From positions 96,001 to 160,000 of the forward strand of contig CBDAOI010000003.1 of the NCBI GenBank assembly GCA_965198005.1: DNA of 64,000 nucleotides. Direction: 5' to 3'. This DNA is from Spirochaetia bacterium (GTDB lineage Bacteria; Spirochaetota; Spirochaetia; SZUA-6; Bin103). Each line of letters starts with the position of its first letter. Positions within the stretch are counted from its first letter, which is position 1. The notes below the pieces were generated by a model that was not told the origin of the DNA, ran no database searches, and saw nothing but the letters and a program-made list of their open reading frames with translations. Position numbers and translations under genes: made by a program. Positions 39,755-49,585 of the stretch are shown piece after piece.

Positions 39755-40506
39755 TCACGTTCGGCAAGCACCTCCAGCCCGCCGACACGTTCCTCTCCGC
39801 CGCCCATCAGGAGGCGCTCTCCCGCCTCTCCTTCGGCGTCGCCGACGAGGATCTCCTGCTCCTCACCGGCCCCATCGGTTGCGGCAAGTCGGTCGCCCTC
39901 GCCGCCTTCGTCAGCGAACTCGACGGCAACCGCTACCGCCCCCTCTACGTCCGCGGCGCCGGCCTCTCGGAAGCCCAGCTCTACAAGGCGATCCTCGATG
40001 AGTTGAAGATCGATCCGCCGTTCTTCGCCGGCCAGGCCAAGCAGCTGTTCTTCAAGACCATCCCCGAGCTGACCAAGAAACCACTAGTCATCCTCGACGA
40101 TGCTCAGGACCTTGCGGCCACCGCCCTGACGGCCATCAAGAACATGGTCAACTTCGCCTTCGACACCAAAAACTCCATCACCTTCGTCCTCGCCGGCCAA
40201 CCCGAGCTGCGCGAGTTGCTCAGATATGCTTCCTTCGCTTCCTTGCGCCAGCGCATCCGTATCTCCTATCACATGCCGGCCATGGCTCTGGAGGAGACCT
40301 GTCGCTACATCGACCACCACACCGTCCGCTGTGGCCGCCCTGCCTCGATCTTCGCCGATGATGCCAAAGCTGACATTCACCGCCACGCCGGTGGTGTGCC
40401 GCGCTTGGTCAACGCCGTCTGCTATCGCTCCATCCTGCACGCCGTCGCCAACGACATCAGCATCATCGACTCCACCAACATCGTTGCCGATGAACTCCAC
40501 GACTAA
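39751..40506 (+). CDS. ExeA/TnsC/MuB-like AAA+ ATPase
   Basis: Walker A GPIGCGKS, Walker B VILDDAQ, LAGQPEL, LRQRI and GVPRLVN. Confidence 0.92.
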   Translation: MITFGKHLQPADTFLSAAHQEALSRLSFGVADEDLLLLTGPIGCGKSVALAAFVSELDGNRYRPLYVRGAGLSEAQLYKAILDELKIDPPFFAGQAKQLFFKTIPELTKKPLVILDDAQDLAATALTAIKNMVNFAFDTKNSITFVLAGQPELRELLRYASFASLRQRIRISYHMPAMALEETCRYIDHHTVRCGRPASIFADDAKADIHRHAGGVPRLVNAVCYRSILHAVANDISIIDSTNIVADELHD

Positions 40507-40624
40507 CCGCGACAGCCGGCACCGCTGGCGTTCGCCGCTGGCGGATACCAGCATCACAGGCTGGCACGCGCTGGCAACCCTGCTTGGCACGGTTTGGAAA
40601 CGGCGGCTGGCTGGAAACACTTTG

Positions 40625-41681
40625 CGGTCGAGGAGCGAATCCTGGGCAGCCTGCCGGTGACCCTTCAGCTCGGCATGATCTCACTGGTGATCGCGCAGGT
40701 AATCGCGCTGCCGGTCGGCATCTACTCAGCGGTGCGCCAGGACACGGCCGCCGACTACGCGGGCCGCACCATCGCCGTTATCGGCCTGGCCACGCCCAAC
40801 TTCTGGCTGGGCATCATGGTCATGATCTTCCCCGCTATCTGGTGGGGCTGGTCGCCGCCGATGGAGTGGGTGCCCTCGCCAAGGACCCGGCGGAGAACAT
40901 CGCCATGTTCATTCATTCCCGAGACGCGCCACGGCGACGCAACCTGTTCGCCGACTTCTTCGTCAGACTGTGGAAGGAAAAGCCGCTCGGCGCCGCCAGC
41001 GGCGTCGTGGTTCTGCTGCTGATCCTGGTGGCGATCTTCGCCGACGCGCTGGCGCCCTATCCGTCCTTCGAGGTGCACCCCGTCGACCGGCTGAGCGGCG
41101 CGACGCTGCGCTACCTCCTGGGCACCGACCAGTTGGGGCGCGACCTGTTGAGCCGCCTCATCTTCGGGGCGCGGCTGTCGTTGTTCGTCGGGCTGACGGC
41201 AACCGCGCTGAACGTCGTGGTCGCGGTCCTGATCGGCGGCACCTCCGGATTCTTCGGCGGCAAGCTGGACCTGCTGGTGCAGCGCTTCGTCGACGCCTGG
41301 ATGGCGTTTCCCGGGCTGCTGATATTGCTGACCGTCATGTCCATCGCCGGCAAGGGACTGCCGCAGATCATTCTCGTGTTGGGCATATCGGGCGGTATCA
41401 GCGGCTCGCGCATAACCCGAAGCGCCGTGATCGCGGTCAAAGAGAGCGCCTACTTTCAGGCGGCAGATGCGATCGGCTGCTCAAAGTTGACCGTGCTCGT
41501 GCGCCACGTGCTGCCCAACATCGCGGCGCCCGTCATCGTCATCTTCAGCATCAACATCGGCGGCGTGATCATCTCCGAGGCCTCCCTGAGCTTCCTGGGA
41601 TTCGGCCTGCCGGTCCACATCCCGAGCTGGGGCGGCATGCTCAGCCGCGAGGGGCGGGTGTACATGGAGATGGCCCCCTAG
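40625..41681 (+). pseudogene. fused fragments of DppB-like and DppC-like ABC permeases
   Basis: dppB middle (LPVTLQLG..ATPNFWLG) is joined near 40915 to dppC (KPLG..LGTDQLGRD..HVLPN), which is truncated at 41681. Paralogous to 49586-51564. Confidence 0.85.
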
Positions 41682-41687
41682 GCTGGC

Positions 41688-42917
41688 TCACGTGGCCAGG
41701 TGCGCAGCCATGCGCTCGACGTGATGGAGAAACAGGTCCGCCGTCCACGAATCGAGGCCTCGCTGCTCACTCAGCGGAAGAAACCGTCGAACATCGTCCC
41801 TCGCCAGCTTCCAATCAACACTCTCGATCTTCGTTCGCAAGGCCTGGAGCAACCACTCGACCGAGACCGCAAGGCGTTTGCCTTGCCACGGGCCCTGTTG
41901 AAACAGTGCGTTACTGAGCAACGCCAAGTCGGGAACCGTCCGGCGTGCCACATACCAGAGGAAGTCGTACCAGTCACGCCCCTTGATGTAGCGGCGGCAC
42001 AGCAGGGCGTGCGTCTTGGTTGCAAACCCGGAGGATAGCGTTTGCGTCGTGATCGGCGCCGTCGTCGGGAACGAGAGATACGAGGTCTCGAAAGACGAAC
42101 CTTGCGGTGGGTTGACGTCGATCTCCAGCTTGATGCTGGATCTTCTTCGAGCTGACGCGTTCGAACGGGAGGTCCAGCGTCACGATGCTGCCGATGGAAT
42201 CCGTTTTGACGAACGCCTTGCGCACGGCGTCCACGGCCTGGTTCTTGTCCTGAATTTCGAACCGCAGCCCTTCCGCTTCGCAATCCGCAGCGATGCGCTT
42301 CAGGTGGGGCTCCCCAGTACGTAGTGCTGCATCAGCTCCGCAAGCATGTCTGTCGCTGAGCTCGGGCAGCGCCGCAATTGACACGCCGCTCAGATCGTCC
42401 AACTCGATCCGTAGCGACTCAAGAACGTACCCAAGACCATCGTGCGGCCACGAAACCGACTTGTTGAGGTAGAGCATGTCAGCCAAGGCGCGCAACGGCG
42501 TGGCCACGAACGCCCACGAGTTGGACCCAAGCTTGACCGCCTCGACGCCGGCCCGCGGTTGTCGTGCAGGAACGCGCTGAAATGAGAACACTCCCAGGTC
42601 CGTCGTGAATGATCGACTCCTCCGCGCGGTGACGCTGCTGACCTGCTGATGGCAAGCGCGGACTCCAGACTGACATGTGACGGCGAATGCAGAAATGCGG
42701 CGACGACAAACGGGTGAAGCTCCGTCCTGCGGTACTCCGGACGCAACGCGTACTGCCCGGGTCTGAGGCGACTGATCTCGCCGTTCGCCACGGCCCGATG
42801 CACCAACAGCTTGCGAGCGCCGTCGGACCCGTGGGGAAAGAGGTTGCCCACCACCGTCTCGTTGAACAGCCCGCCCGGCGGCGCAAGCTTTATTACGGCT
42901 TCCGTCAGCGACTGCAT
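41688..42917 (-). pseudogene. AbiEi/AbiEii-like type IV toxin-antitoxin pair, fragmented
   Basis: Antitoxin SPSHVSLESAL and ATPLRALADMLY. Toxin pieces KGRDWYDFLW and IESVDWKLARDDV lie in different frames. Confidence 0.72.
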
Positions 42918-42974
42918 CGTGCAGACAGGTTACGAAAAACGTAACCTGTCTGCAAGGCAGTCCTTTGGATCAAG

Positions 42975-43541
42975 CCCATCCCTCGACCAGGATCGCCCGA
43001 TCGAGCTGACCAAGAGCGTGCTTGGCCGCGTCGACCGGCTCGATAGCCGGTTGCGCAGCTACGCGACGGTAATGGAGGAGCAGGCGCTGGCGGCCGCGGA
43101 ACGCGCCGCGGCGAAGATCGCCTCCGGCAGCTATCGCGGACCACTGCACGGGATCCCGGTGGCGGTAAAGGACCTGTGCTGGCCGATCACGTACCGGAGT
43201 TCGATGCCACCGCGGTCACGCGGCTGACAGCGGCCGGTGCGGTGCTGCTGGGCAAGCTCAACCTCACCGAAGGCGCCATGGGCGGTTACCACCCGGAGTT
43301 CCCGATCCCCCGGAACCCCTGGGATTCCGGGCGGTGGGCGGGGGCATCCTCCAGCGGCTCCGGCGTGGCGACCGCGGCCGGGCCCTGCTTCGGCTCCCTC
43401 GGCACCGATACGGGCGGCTCGATTCGCTTCCCGGCCGCGTGCAACGGGACGGTGGTCTCAAGCCCACCTGGGGCCGAGTCAGCCGCTTGGCGCCGCCTAC
43501 GAAGCGGCCACCGAGTGGGACAACATGCATCCGGACATCTG
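42975..43541 (+). pseudogene. amidase-signature gene with multiple internal deletions
   Basis: GPLHGIPVAVKDL, GASSSGSGVA..GTDTGGSIRFP and KPTWGRVSR are joined directly to the C-terminal AYEAATEW. Confidence 0.85.
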
Positions 43542-43610
43542 AGCGCCGTCGCCGACGCCTCGGTCGTCGCCGGGGTCCTGGTGGCGATCTTCGCCGACGT
43601 GCTGGCTCCC

Positions 43611-43802
43611 CTATCCGTGCCGCGTGGCGCCAGCAGTCGCGTGTAGGCGGGTCAGGGCCGTGACGAGGTGTTGGTTGAGGCTCACACCCTCGTCTTCGGC
43701 CGCCCCTTCGTGACCGGGAATGAAGGGCATCGGCCACCCGGCATGACCTCGAATAACGTGCCAATCGCTGGCGCAGACGCCGCTTTGGTGTGACGCCGTC
43801 AC
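43611..43802 (-). pseudogene. chimera of a Zn-alcohol dehydrogenase N-terminal scrap and a HicB-like C-terminal scrap
   Basis: SGVCASDWH..PFIPGHEG is fused in frame to AAEDEGVSLNQ. Confidence 0.7.
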
Positions 43803-43832
43803 GCTGGCCGGCGCCCGCCGATCAGCGCGACG

Positions 43833-44190
43833 TCACCTCAGGCCAAGCAGCAATCGCAGACCTTCATCGATCGCCATCAGCTCATCGGCGCTCACCCGAC
43901 CGAAGACCCTCGTAATGCGCCGCTTGTCGACGGCACGAACCTGGTCCACCAGTGCGGACGAGGAGGCTCGCAGCCCGCTGTCTCCCGGCGTCAGCGTCGG
44001 ATAGAGGGCGCCCTCGCCACGGGTCTTGGTGATCGGAATTACACACACCATCGGGAAACGCTGGTCCTCTGTGACCTCTGGATCGGTTACCTCCACGCAT
44101 GGCCGCACGCCTTGCTGCTCATGGCCAAGGGTCGGATCGAGCCGCACACGCTACCTCGAAACACCGCGCCGGGCGCCGGCCCTGGTCGCA
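43833..44190 (-). CDS. mazF: PemK/MazF toxin, probably frameshifted at its N-terminus
   Basis: LDPTLGHEQQGVRP and LVDQVRAVDKRRI motifs. The N-terminal VFRGSV is in a different frame. Confidence 0.8.
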
Positions 44191-44194
44191 CACA

Positions 44195-44488
44195 CTAGCC
44201 TTCGACCCAGCCCTCTCCGGGTATCCAGCGAACGGCCTGGCCGTTCTCCGGGTCAACGAGGTCTTCGTCGCCATCAGGCAGGCCCGCCATCCACTCGCGC
44301 TCACCCGCCTCGGCGAGCGCCTGGCTTTCCGGATGGGGGCTTCGCAGCGAGCGGCGCAGCTCGTCCCGTCGTCGCCTGTCTAGCTCGCGTTGGACGGAGT
44401 GCAAAACGAACTTGCTTCGATTGCGCTCGTGACGGTCGATTTCTCGAACGAGCTCCTCGGGCAGTGTGACGGTGACCCGCTCATTCAT
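44195..44488 (-). CDS. ribbon-helix-helix antitoxin
   Basis: ERVTVTLPEELVREID..NRSKFV, immediately upstream of mazF. Confidence 0.85.
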   Translation of the reverse strand: MNERVTVTLPEELVREIDRHERNRSKFVLHSVQRELDRRRRDELRRSLRSPHPESQALAEAGEREWMAGLPDGDEDLVDPENGQAVRWIPGEGWVEG

Positions 44489-44636
44489 GAAGCATATCCT
44501 CAGTAAGATCGGCCGTTACAACATAACCGTCAACGCGATCTGTCCTGGCTTTGGGACGACCCTAATCAACAGTTCATGGGGTACCTCGGGTGCGCCGCGC
44601 GTCACAGATCCGATAGTCGGGAACTCGGTGTCGCCA

Positions 44637-45644
44637 CTAATCGGCGAACACCGCAAGAATCTGCTCATCCACCCGCTGGAGCGCTTCAACATCGCCGGTC
44701 GGAATCGCGCCGAACATGATCTCTTCTACGCCGGCGTCTGCGAATCGGCCAATCAGATCGATCACCTGGCTCACTGGCCCCGCCGCCGCCTCGATCTGCG
44801 TCGCTTCCATCAACCGCCCACCGTAGTTGCCGTGGTCGCGACTGCTCGCCCGCCGCCCGAGGAACTGCTTGGCGCGCTCGATCTCGGTGGGGTCCTCACT
44901 GATGAACAAGGGCATCAGCAGCGTGCGTTTGATCTCCGCCGGGTCGCGGCCGACCTTCTCGCAGTGGCGTTCGAGCACACCCACCTTGTGGTGGAACACC
45001 TCGAGCGACATGCCGCGACCGGCCCAGCCATCATAGTTGAGCAGGTCGCCATACATCGCCAGCGTACGCAGCGTGCGTTGCTCTCCAGTGCCACCGACGA
45101 GGATTGGGACGTGCGGCTGCTGGTAGCACGCCGGTGCCAACGGAGCCTGCTCCAGGTGATAGTACTGGCCGTTGTAGGTCACCGGCCCATCGGCAGTGAA
45201 CAACTTGCGAATCAACGCACAAGCCTCCTCCAGCCGGTCGGATCGCTCCCGCATCGAGGGAAACTTCCCCCAACCGTAGGCCACGTGCTCGCGGTCGAAC
45301 CAGCCGGCACCGAGCGCTAATGTGAAGCGGCCTTGAGAAGCCTGATCGAGGGTGGCGGCCATCTTCGCCAGCAGGCCCGGATTGCGGTAGGGGTTCCCGA
45401 GCACCAAGTGCCCCAGCCGCAAGCGCTGCGTCATACCCGCCGCCACCGCAACGAGGGTGTAACCCTCGAACGCCGTGCCGCGTTCTCGTTCGATATTCGG
45501 GTCCACCGGATCATCCGACGTCGGCGGCAGGAAGTGGTCGGCGAACCAGAGGCTGTTCCAGCGGCCGGCCTCCATTGTTTCGATCGACGTGCGGATCTTG
45601 GCCCACGTCACCCCGTAGCAGTTGACCTGAACTCCAAACTTCAC
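44637..45644 (-). CDS. LLM-class (luciferase-like) flavin/F420-dependent oxidoreductase
   Basis: LWFADHF, YRNPGLLAKMAATLDQASQGR..LGAGW and PILVGGTGE motifs. Confidence 0.92.
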   Translation of the reverse strand: MKFGVQVNCYGVTWAKIRTSIETMEAGRWNSLWFADHFLPPTSDDPVDPNIERERGTAFEGYTLVAVAAGMTQRLRLGHLVLGNPYRNPGLLAKMAATLDQASQGRFTLALGAGWFDREHVAYGWGKFPSMRERSDRLEEACALIRKLFTADGPVTYNGQYYHLEQAPLAPACYQQPHVPILVGGTGEQRTLRTLAMYGDLLNYDGWAGRGMSLEVFHHKVGVLERHCEKVGRDPAEIKRTLLMPLFISEDPTEIERAKQFLGRRASSRDHGNYGGRLMEATQIEAAAGPVSQVIDLIGRFADAGVEEIMFGAIPTGDVEALQRVDEQILAVFAD

Positions 45645-45789
45645 GGCGCGAATTGTACCGCCACTGCTCGCGGTCGTCAAACTTGACGGGCGGTCGGGCG
45701 CGCTGCGCGGCTGCGCGGCTGCCCCCAGGACTCGCGCATCTCGATCTGTGGATTCGACCTACGTCTGCGGCGCGTCAGCCGCATCCGCT

Positions 45790-46118
45790 CGATACGCTCA
45801 GCGAGGAACAAGTCGCCACGCTGCTCGACGGCAAACCGGTGATCGGACCGTTGCGCGAGATCCAGGAGGCGCGCAACGCGATCAACGCGTACGACCGCTA
45901 CGAATCGTGGGCACCGGGAAGCGCGGGAGACCTGTTGTGCGCGCACGGTGTGCTGATGGACAGACCGCTGGACCACCCCGGCCGCTATCGGCACGGCGGC
46001 ATCGCGGTCGGCGGGGCGGGGGTCGTCCGCCACGTCGCGCCGCCGGCCGGACGCGTGCCCGCGTTGATGGCGGCGCTGCTGCACTGGGTGCGGAGCACCG
46101 GTGACCATCGGCTGATCG
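45790..46118 (+). pseudogene. Fic-family fragment truncated before the HPFxDGNGR motif
   Basis: TLSEEQV..REIQEARNAI.AY..GRYR..HVAPPA..VP.LM..H.LI. Confidence 0.75.
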
Positions 46119-46372
46119 TGAAAACCGGTCGACCGGCTGGCCGTCTTCGATCTCACCTCCGAGCGTGTGCTGCAGTTCCTCGCACATCTTGAAGATGCGC
46201 GGGGCTGCTCCCCGCAGACCCGCAATCAGCGGCTCACGGCCATCTGTTCGTTTGCCCGCTTCGTCGGCAGCCGCAGTCCCGAGCACGTCGAATGGTGCAC
46301 GCAGATCCGTGCTCTGCCCCGCAAGAAGGCGGCCCCCAAGCCGATCTCCTATCTGGAGAAGTCCGAGATCGA
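46119..46372 (+). pseudogene. tyrosine recombinase N-terminal (SAM-like) fragment
   Basis: FLAHLEDARGCSPQTRNQRL.AI.SF..YLEKSEID, typical of RIT-type integrases. Confidence 0.75.
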
Positions 46373-46517
46373 CCGCTGCCGACGCTTCGCCTGCACCCTC
46401 GCAGGTGCCAACGCACGGCTCGCGGAGAAACGTGGATTGGCTGCTCCTTCGTTCCAAGGGACTTTCACCCTCTGTCATATGCCAGTTAGCCTGGCGCTCG
46501 TACCCCAGGCTACCCCC
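46372..46517 (-). repeat. inverted partial copy of the group II intron 5' (domain I) region
   Basis: Reverse complement of about 57286-57432. Only 2 mismatches seen over the ~135-bp core. Confidence 0.92.
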
Positions 46518-46656
46518 GAGGGGCTGGAAGGCCCTCAGCGGGCCGCTGTGAGGCCGACGTGGACGGTGAACGGCCTGCTGCGGACGGCCACATCGCCGGC
46601 GAATGACGGCTCCGGAGGGGCGATGCGCCCGAGTCGGCGCCGCGAGGGGCTTTCGG

Positions 46657-46807
46657 CTGCCGCGGCTGCCCGAACGAAATCTCAAGAAACCTTCAATTCG
46701 CCAGTTTTTCTTTTTGATTTGTTGCCGTAGGGGTGGTATACTAAAAGCCTCAGGTTTGAACGGATGCAAAAGATGGCTGGAAACACTACTCAGCGCTGCC
46801 ACCGGTT
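46657..46807 (+). repeat. copy A of a ~150-bp element: A-tracts, sigma70 promoter and conserved downstream sequence
   Basis: TTGATT(46714)-17-TATACT(46737) with extended TG. Homologous to 55164-55303. Confidence 0.8.
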
Positions 46808-46958
46808 AGGGGCAACGCAACCGGCGTGTCCTACCCTTGCCCATCCCCCCCTCCTCGGAAATCCTTTCGCGGCGGGGGTTGACAAATGGTGGGCCCCCCA
46901 GACTGTCTCTTCAGGCCATTGACTGCCGTTCACCGAGGATTGCTGGGCCGATTCGTGG

Positions 46959-46987
46959 TTGACGTCCACGGGAGCGGAGGTTATGAT
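46959..46987 (+). promoter_or_regulatory. candidate sigma70 promoter upstream of the ABC cluster
   Basis: TTGACG-17 bp-TATGAT. Confidence 0.5.
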
Positions 46988-47167
46988 AGGGTGGGATGCA
47001 GTCAATCGCGACATCGCGACTACATCTGGGTATGGCTGTGCCTCACCTGCGGAGGGCTTGAGTGACCTATAACACGTCAACGCTTATGACACTCTGTTCC
47101 CCTGACAGCCGCTCGCCGAGATTTGCTGAAAATCAGCTCGCGGCGCGCTTGCTTAATGGTGAGGAGT

Positions 47168-47183
47168 CCCCCCCCCCCCCCCC
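47168..47183. repeat. C16 homopolymer
   Basis: Sixteen consecutive C residues in the region upstream of the binding-protein gene. Confidence 0.9.
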
Positions 47184-47560
47184 AGCAAGTATTTGCACGA
47201 GAAGCATTAACACTAGCCATAGCCAGAGCTGGGGGCGCAGCGCGCCGCGCGCCACTTCGCCTGCACCACCGCTCCCTCGACCGCCTGCAAACCACACCAC
47301 CGGCGTTGCCGGCCATTCACCTTCGCTGCGTCGCCGACCCAACGGTCGCGGACCGCGCCCCCCGCGGAGCTTCCGGATCAGGCGCGCGAACGCGTTCTGA
47401 GGAGGTGGCCGATGCAGAACTGATGCACTGATCCCGGACTCCGGGCTGGCGTCCCTCGCTTTTGGGTACCTGCCATTGCAGTGCTTCGAGAGTGGGCGAG
47501 GGATCGGCAGTGGCATCAGCACTCTCAATCCTCTCAAGCATTGAGATCGAGGAGTCAAAG

Positions 47561-49360
47561 ATGCAACACGCAATTGTTCGTACGTTCCTCGCGCTACTGT
47601 GCGGGCTCGTCCTGACTGCCACCGGCCTCTGGGCCAGCGGCGCGGAAGAGGAGCCGGCAGCCGCGATGGAGAAGGAGATGGTGACCGACCCCACTACCGG
47701 AAAACAGGTGGTGGCGCCGAGCTATGGCGGAACACTGACCCTGCCCTACAGGCTTCCAGACATTGCTCCCACTGACCCCTTTTATGACGGTGGACGCCCG
47801 ACATGGTGGATCAGTGGCGTTAATGAGAAACTCGCCTACGCGAACTGGGCAATAGATAGGGACGAATTTGATTTCAGTTCTTATTACTACCCTTTTAACG
47901 TCATGACAGGGAACCTGGTGGAAAGCTGGGAAACACCCGACCCACTAACTATCGTCTTCCACATCCGCAAGGGCGTTTACTGGCACAATAAGGCACCGAT
48001 GAACGGTCGGGAGCTGACTGCCGACGATGTCGAGTTTAACTTTCGGCGCATTAAGGGTTGGGGCAAGGAGGGAGTTCCTTTACAGCAGTTCGACATATTC
48101 CGCATGCCAGTCGAATCGATAACGGCCACCGACAAATGGACGGTCGTCGTCAAGATGGAGCAGCCATCCCTCGATGCAGTGCCCTCTTTTACAACCGGAA
48201 CCATGGCTTTTATATTACCCCCCGAGGTAATCGAACAACACGGCGACTACAAGGATTGGCGGAACATGGTCGGCACCGGGCCCTTTATGCTGACTGACTT
48301 AGTCGAAGGCGTCTCTAGGACCTATATCAAGAATCCTGACTACTGGGGCCACGACCCAAAGTACCCGGAGAACCGCTTGCCCTATGTTGACGAAGTAAGG
48401 CATCTGTATATGGGAGACGAAGCAACACTGCTCGCCGCCCTACGCTCGGCCAGGATTGACATGGTACATACTTCCGGGGGCATGTCCGTAGGATCCATTG
48501 ATACGGTACGGAGCCTCCAGCGGACCAATCCAGAACTCCAGGCGGGCCCTTTTTGGGTTTACAATAATAGCTCTGCTTCTATGAACACGCGCAACCCGCC
48601 CTTTGACGACATCAGGGTACGCCAGGCCATGCAGATGGCACTGGACCGGGAGACGATCAACGAGACTTACTATAGCGGTCTTGCGAAGCCAACACCAACG
48701 GGAGTCATCGGAGATAACCTTAAGGGATTTTACGTCCCGTTTGAAGAGTGGCCCGAAGAGGTCAAGAAAACCTATAGGTATGACCCGGAAGGGGCGGAAG
48801 CATTGCTTGATGCGGCTGGATATCCGCGCGGTGCGGACGGCGTTCGATTTAAGACCACCTATGTTTTGCGTGGCATTTTTGATATAGGCATTATAGAAGT
48901 ACTTGCCGGCTACTGGGATGAAATTGGCGTTAATGTAGCGATTACTCCATATGACAGTCCGACTTGGCAAGCCCTTGTAACAGACCACTCGTATGAGATG
49001 GCCACCGGGGCCGTGAACGCGAGTCTTACCCCTGCCGCAGTCATGGGCTGGTATAGCTGGGCTGCGAAGGGTTTAACGCTGGAAACGGCCGGCGGAGGTG
49101 CGCCGGAGTTGGACGCTGCCCATGATGGCTTTTTCGCCGCTACCACCGTTGAGGAGCAGCAGAAGTTCGCCAAAGACTACGACATGTTTATAATACGGAA
49201 TCAGTTTAATGTAATGGGTCCTAAAGCTCCAAGTTTTCAGTTCGCGCATCCGTGGGTGAAAGGTTGGAACGGTGAAGCCAACATGGCCAACTGGAACGAT
49301 TATATGATCTTCGCCCGCTTTTGGATCGACCAGGATCTGAAGAAAGAAATGGGGTTTTAG
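47561..49360 (+). CDS. ABC transporter substrate-binding protein, family 5 (peptide/nickel)
   Basis: Signal peptide, IRKGVYWH..NGRELTADDV, GTGPF, KNPDYW and PFDDIRVRQAMQMALDR. Confidence 0.93.
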   Translation: MQHAIVRTFLALLCGLVLTATGLWASGAEEEPAAAMEKEMVTDPTTGKQVVAPSYGGTLTLPYRLPDIAPTDPFYDGGRPTWWISGVNEKLAYANWAIDRDEFDFSSYYYPFNVMTGNLVESWETPDPLTIVFHIRKGVYWHNKAPMNGRELTADDVEFNFRRIKGWGKEGVPLQQFDIFRMPVESITATDKWTVVVKMEQPSLDAVPSFTTGTMAFILPPEVIEQHGDYKDWRNMVGTGPFMLTDLVEGVSRTYIKNPDYWGHDPKYPENRLPYVDEVRHLYMGDEATLLAALRSARIDMVHTSGGMSVGSIDTVRSLQRTNPELQAGPFWVYNNSSASMNTRNPPFDDIRVRQAMQMALDRETINETYYSGLAKPTPTGVIGDNLKGFYVPFEEWPEEVKKTYRYDPEGAEALLDAAGYPRGADGVRFKTTYVLRGIFDIGIIEVLAGYWDEIGVNVAITPYDSPTWQALVTDHSYEMATGAVNASLTPAAVMGWYSWAAKGLTLETAGGGAPELDAAHDGFFAATTVEEQQKFAKDYDMFIIRNQFNVMGPKAPSFQFAHPWVKGWNGEANMANWNDYMIFARFWIDQDLKKEMGF

Positions 49361-49479
49361 TAATCGCATCGTAGTACAACTGATTTGCGGTCCCGCAGCC
49401 CGCCCGTGGCGAGCCCATACTGCGTAGGCGGTGAGCGGGGCGAAACTGATGCAGCCAGGCGGGTAGCAACTGGTAAACG

Positions 49480-49514
49480 GTGGGATGGCGGCACAAGTCT
49501 GCCATCCCACTTTC
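49480..49514 (+). terminator. hairpin between the binding-protein and permease genes
   Basis: GTGGGATGGC...GCCATCCCAC followed by TTT. Confidence 0.6.
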
Positions 49515-49585
49515 AATATAAGAAACCGCCGATACATACAGGGAGGATAGAGATTCACTTTTAAACCAATGCTGAGGTGTATGAC

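Larger units (their letters stand above)
36926..40558 (+). mobile_element. four-gene DDE transposon (Zn-finger ORF, hypothetical, Mu/rve-type transposase, ExeA-like ATPase) with putative TG...CA ends
   Basis: Left end TGAGAT..ATCCGCCAGTGG and right end (reverse complement) TGTGAT..ATCCGCCAGCGG. The CGCCAG motif is repeated at each end. Boundaries are inferred. Confidence 0.72.

Noticed and set aside
36926-40558. CAST or bona fide Tn7
   Set aside because: No Cas, TnsA or clearly recognisable TniQ, and no 5-bp target duplication.
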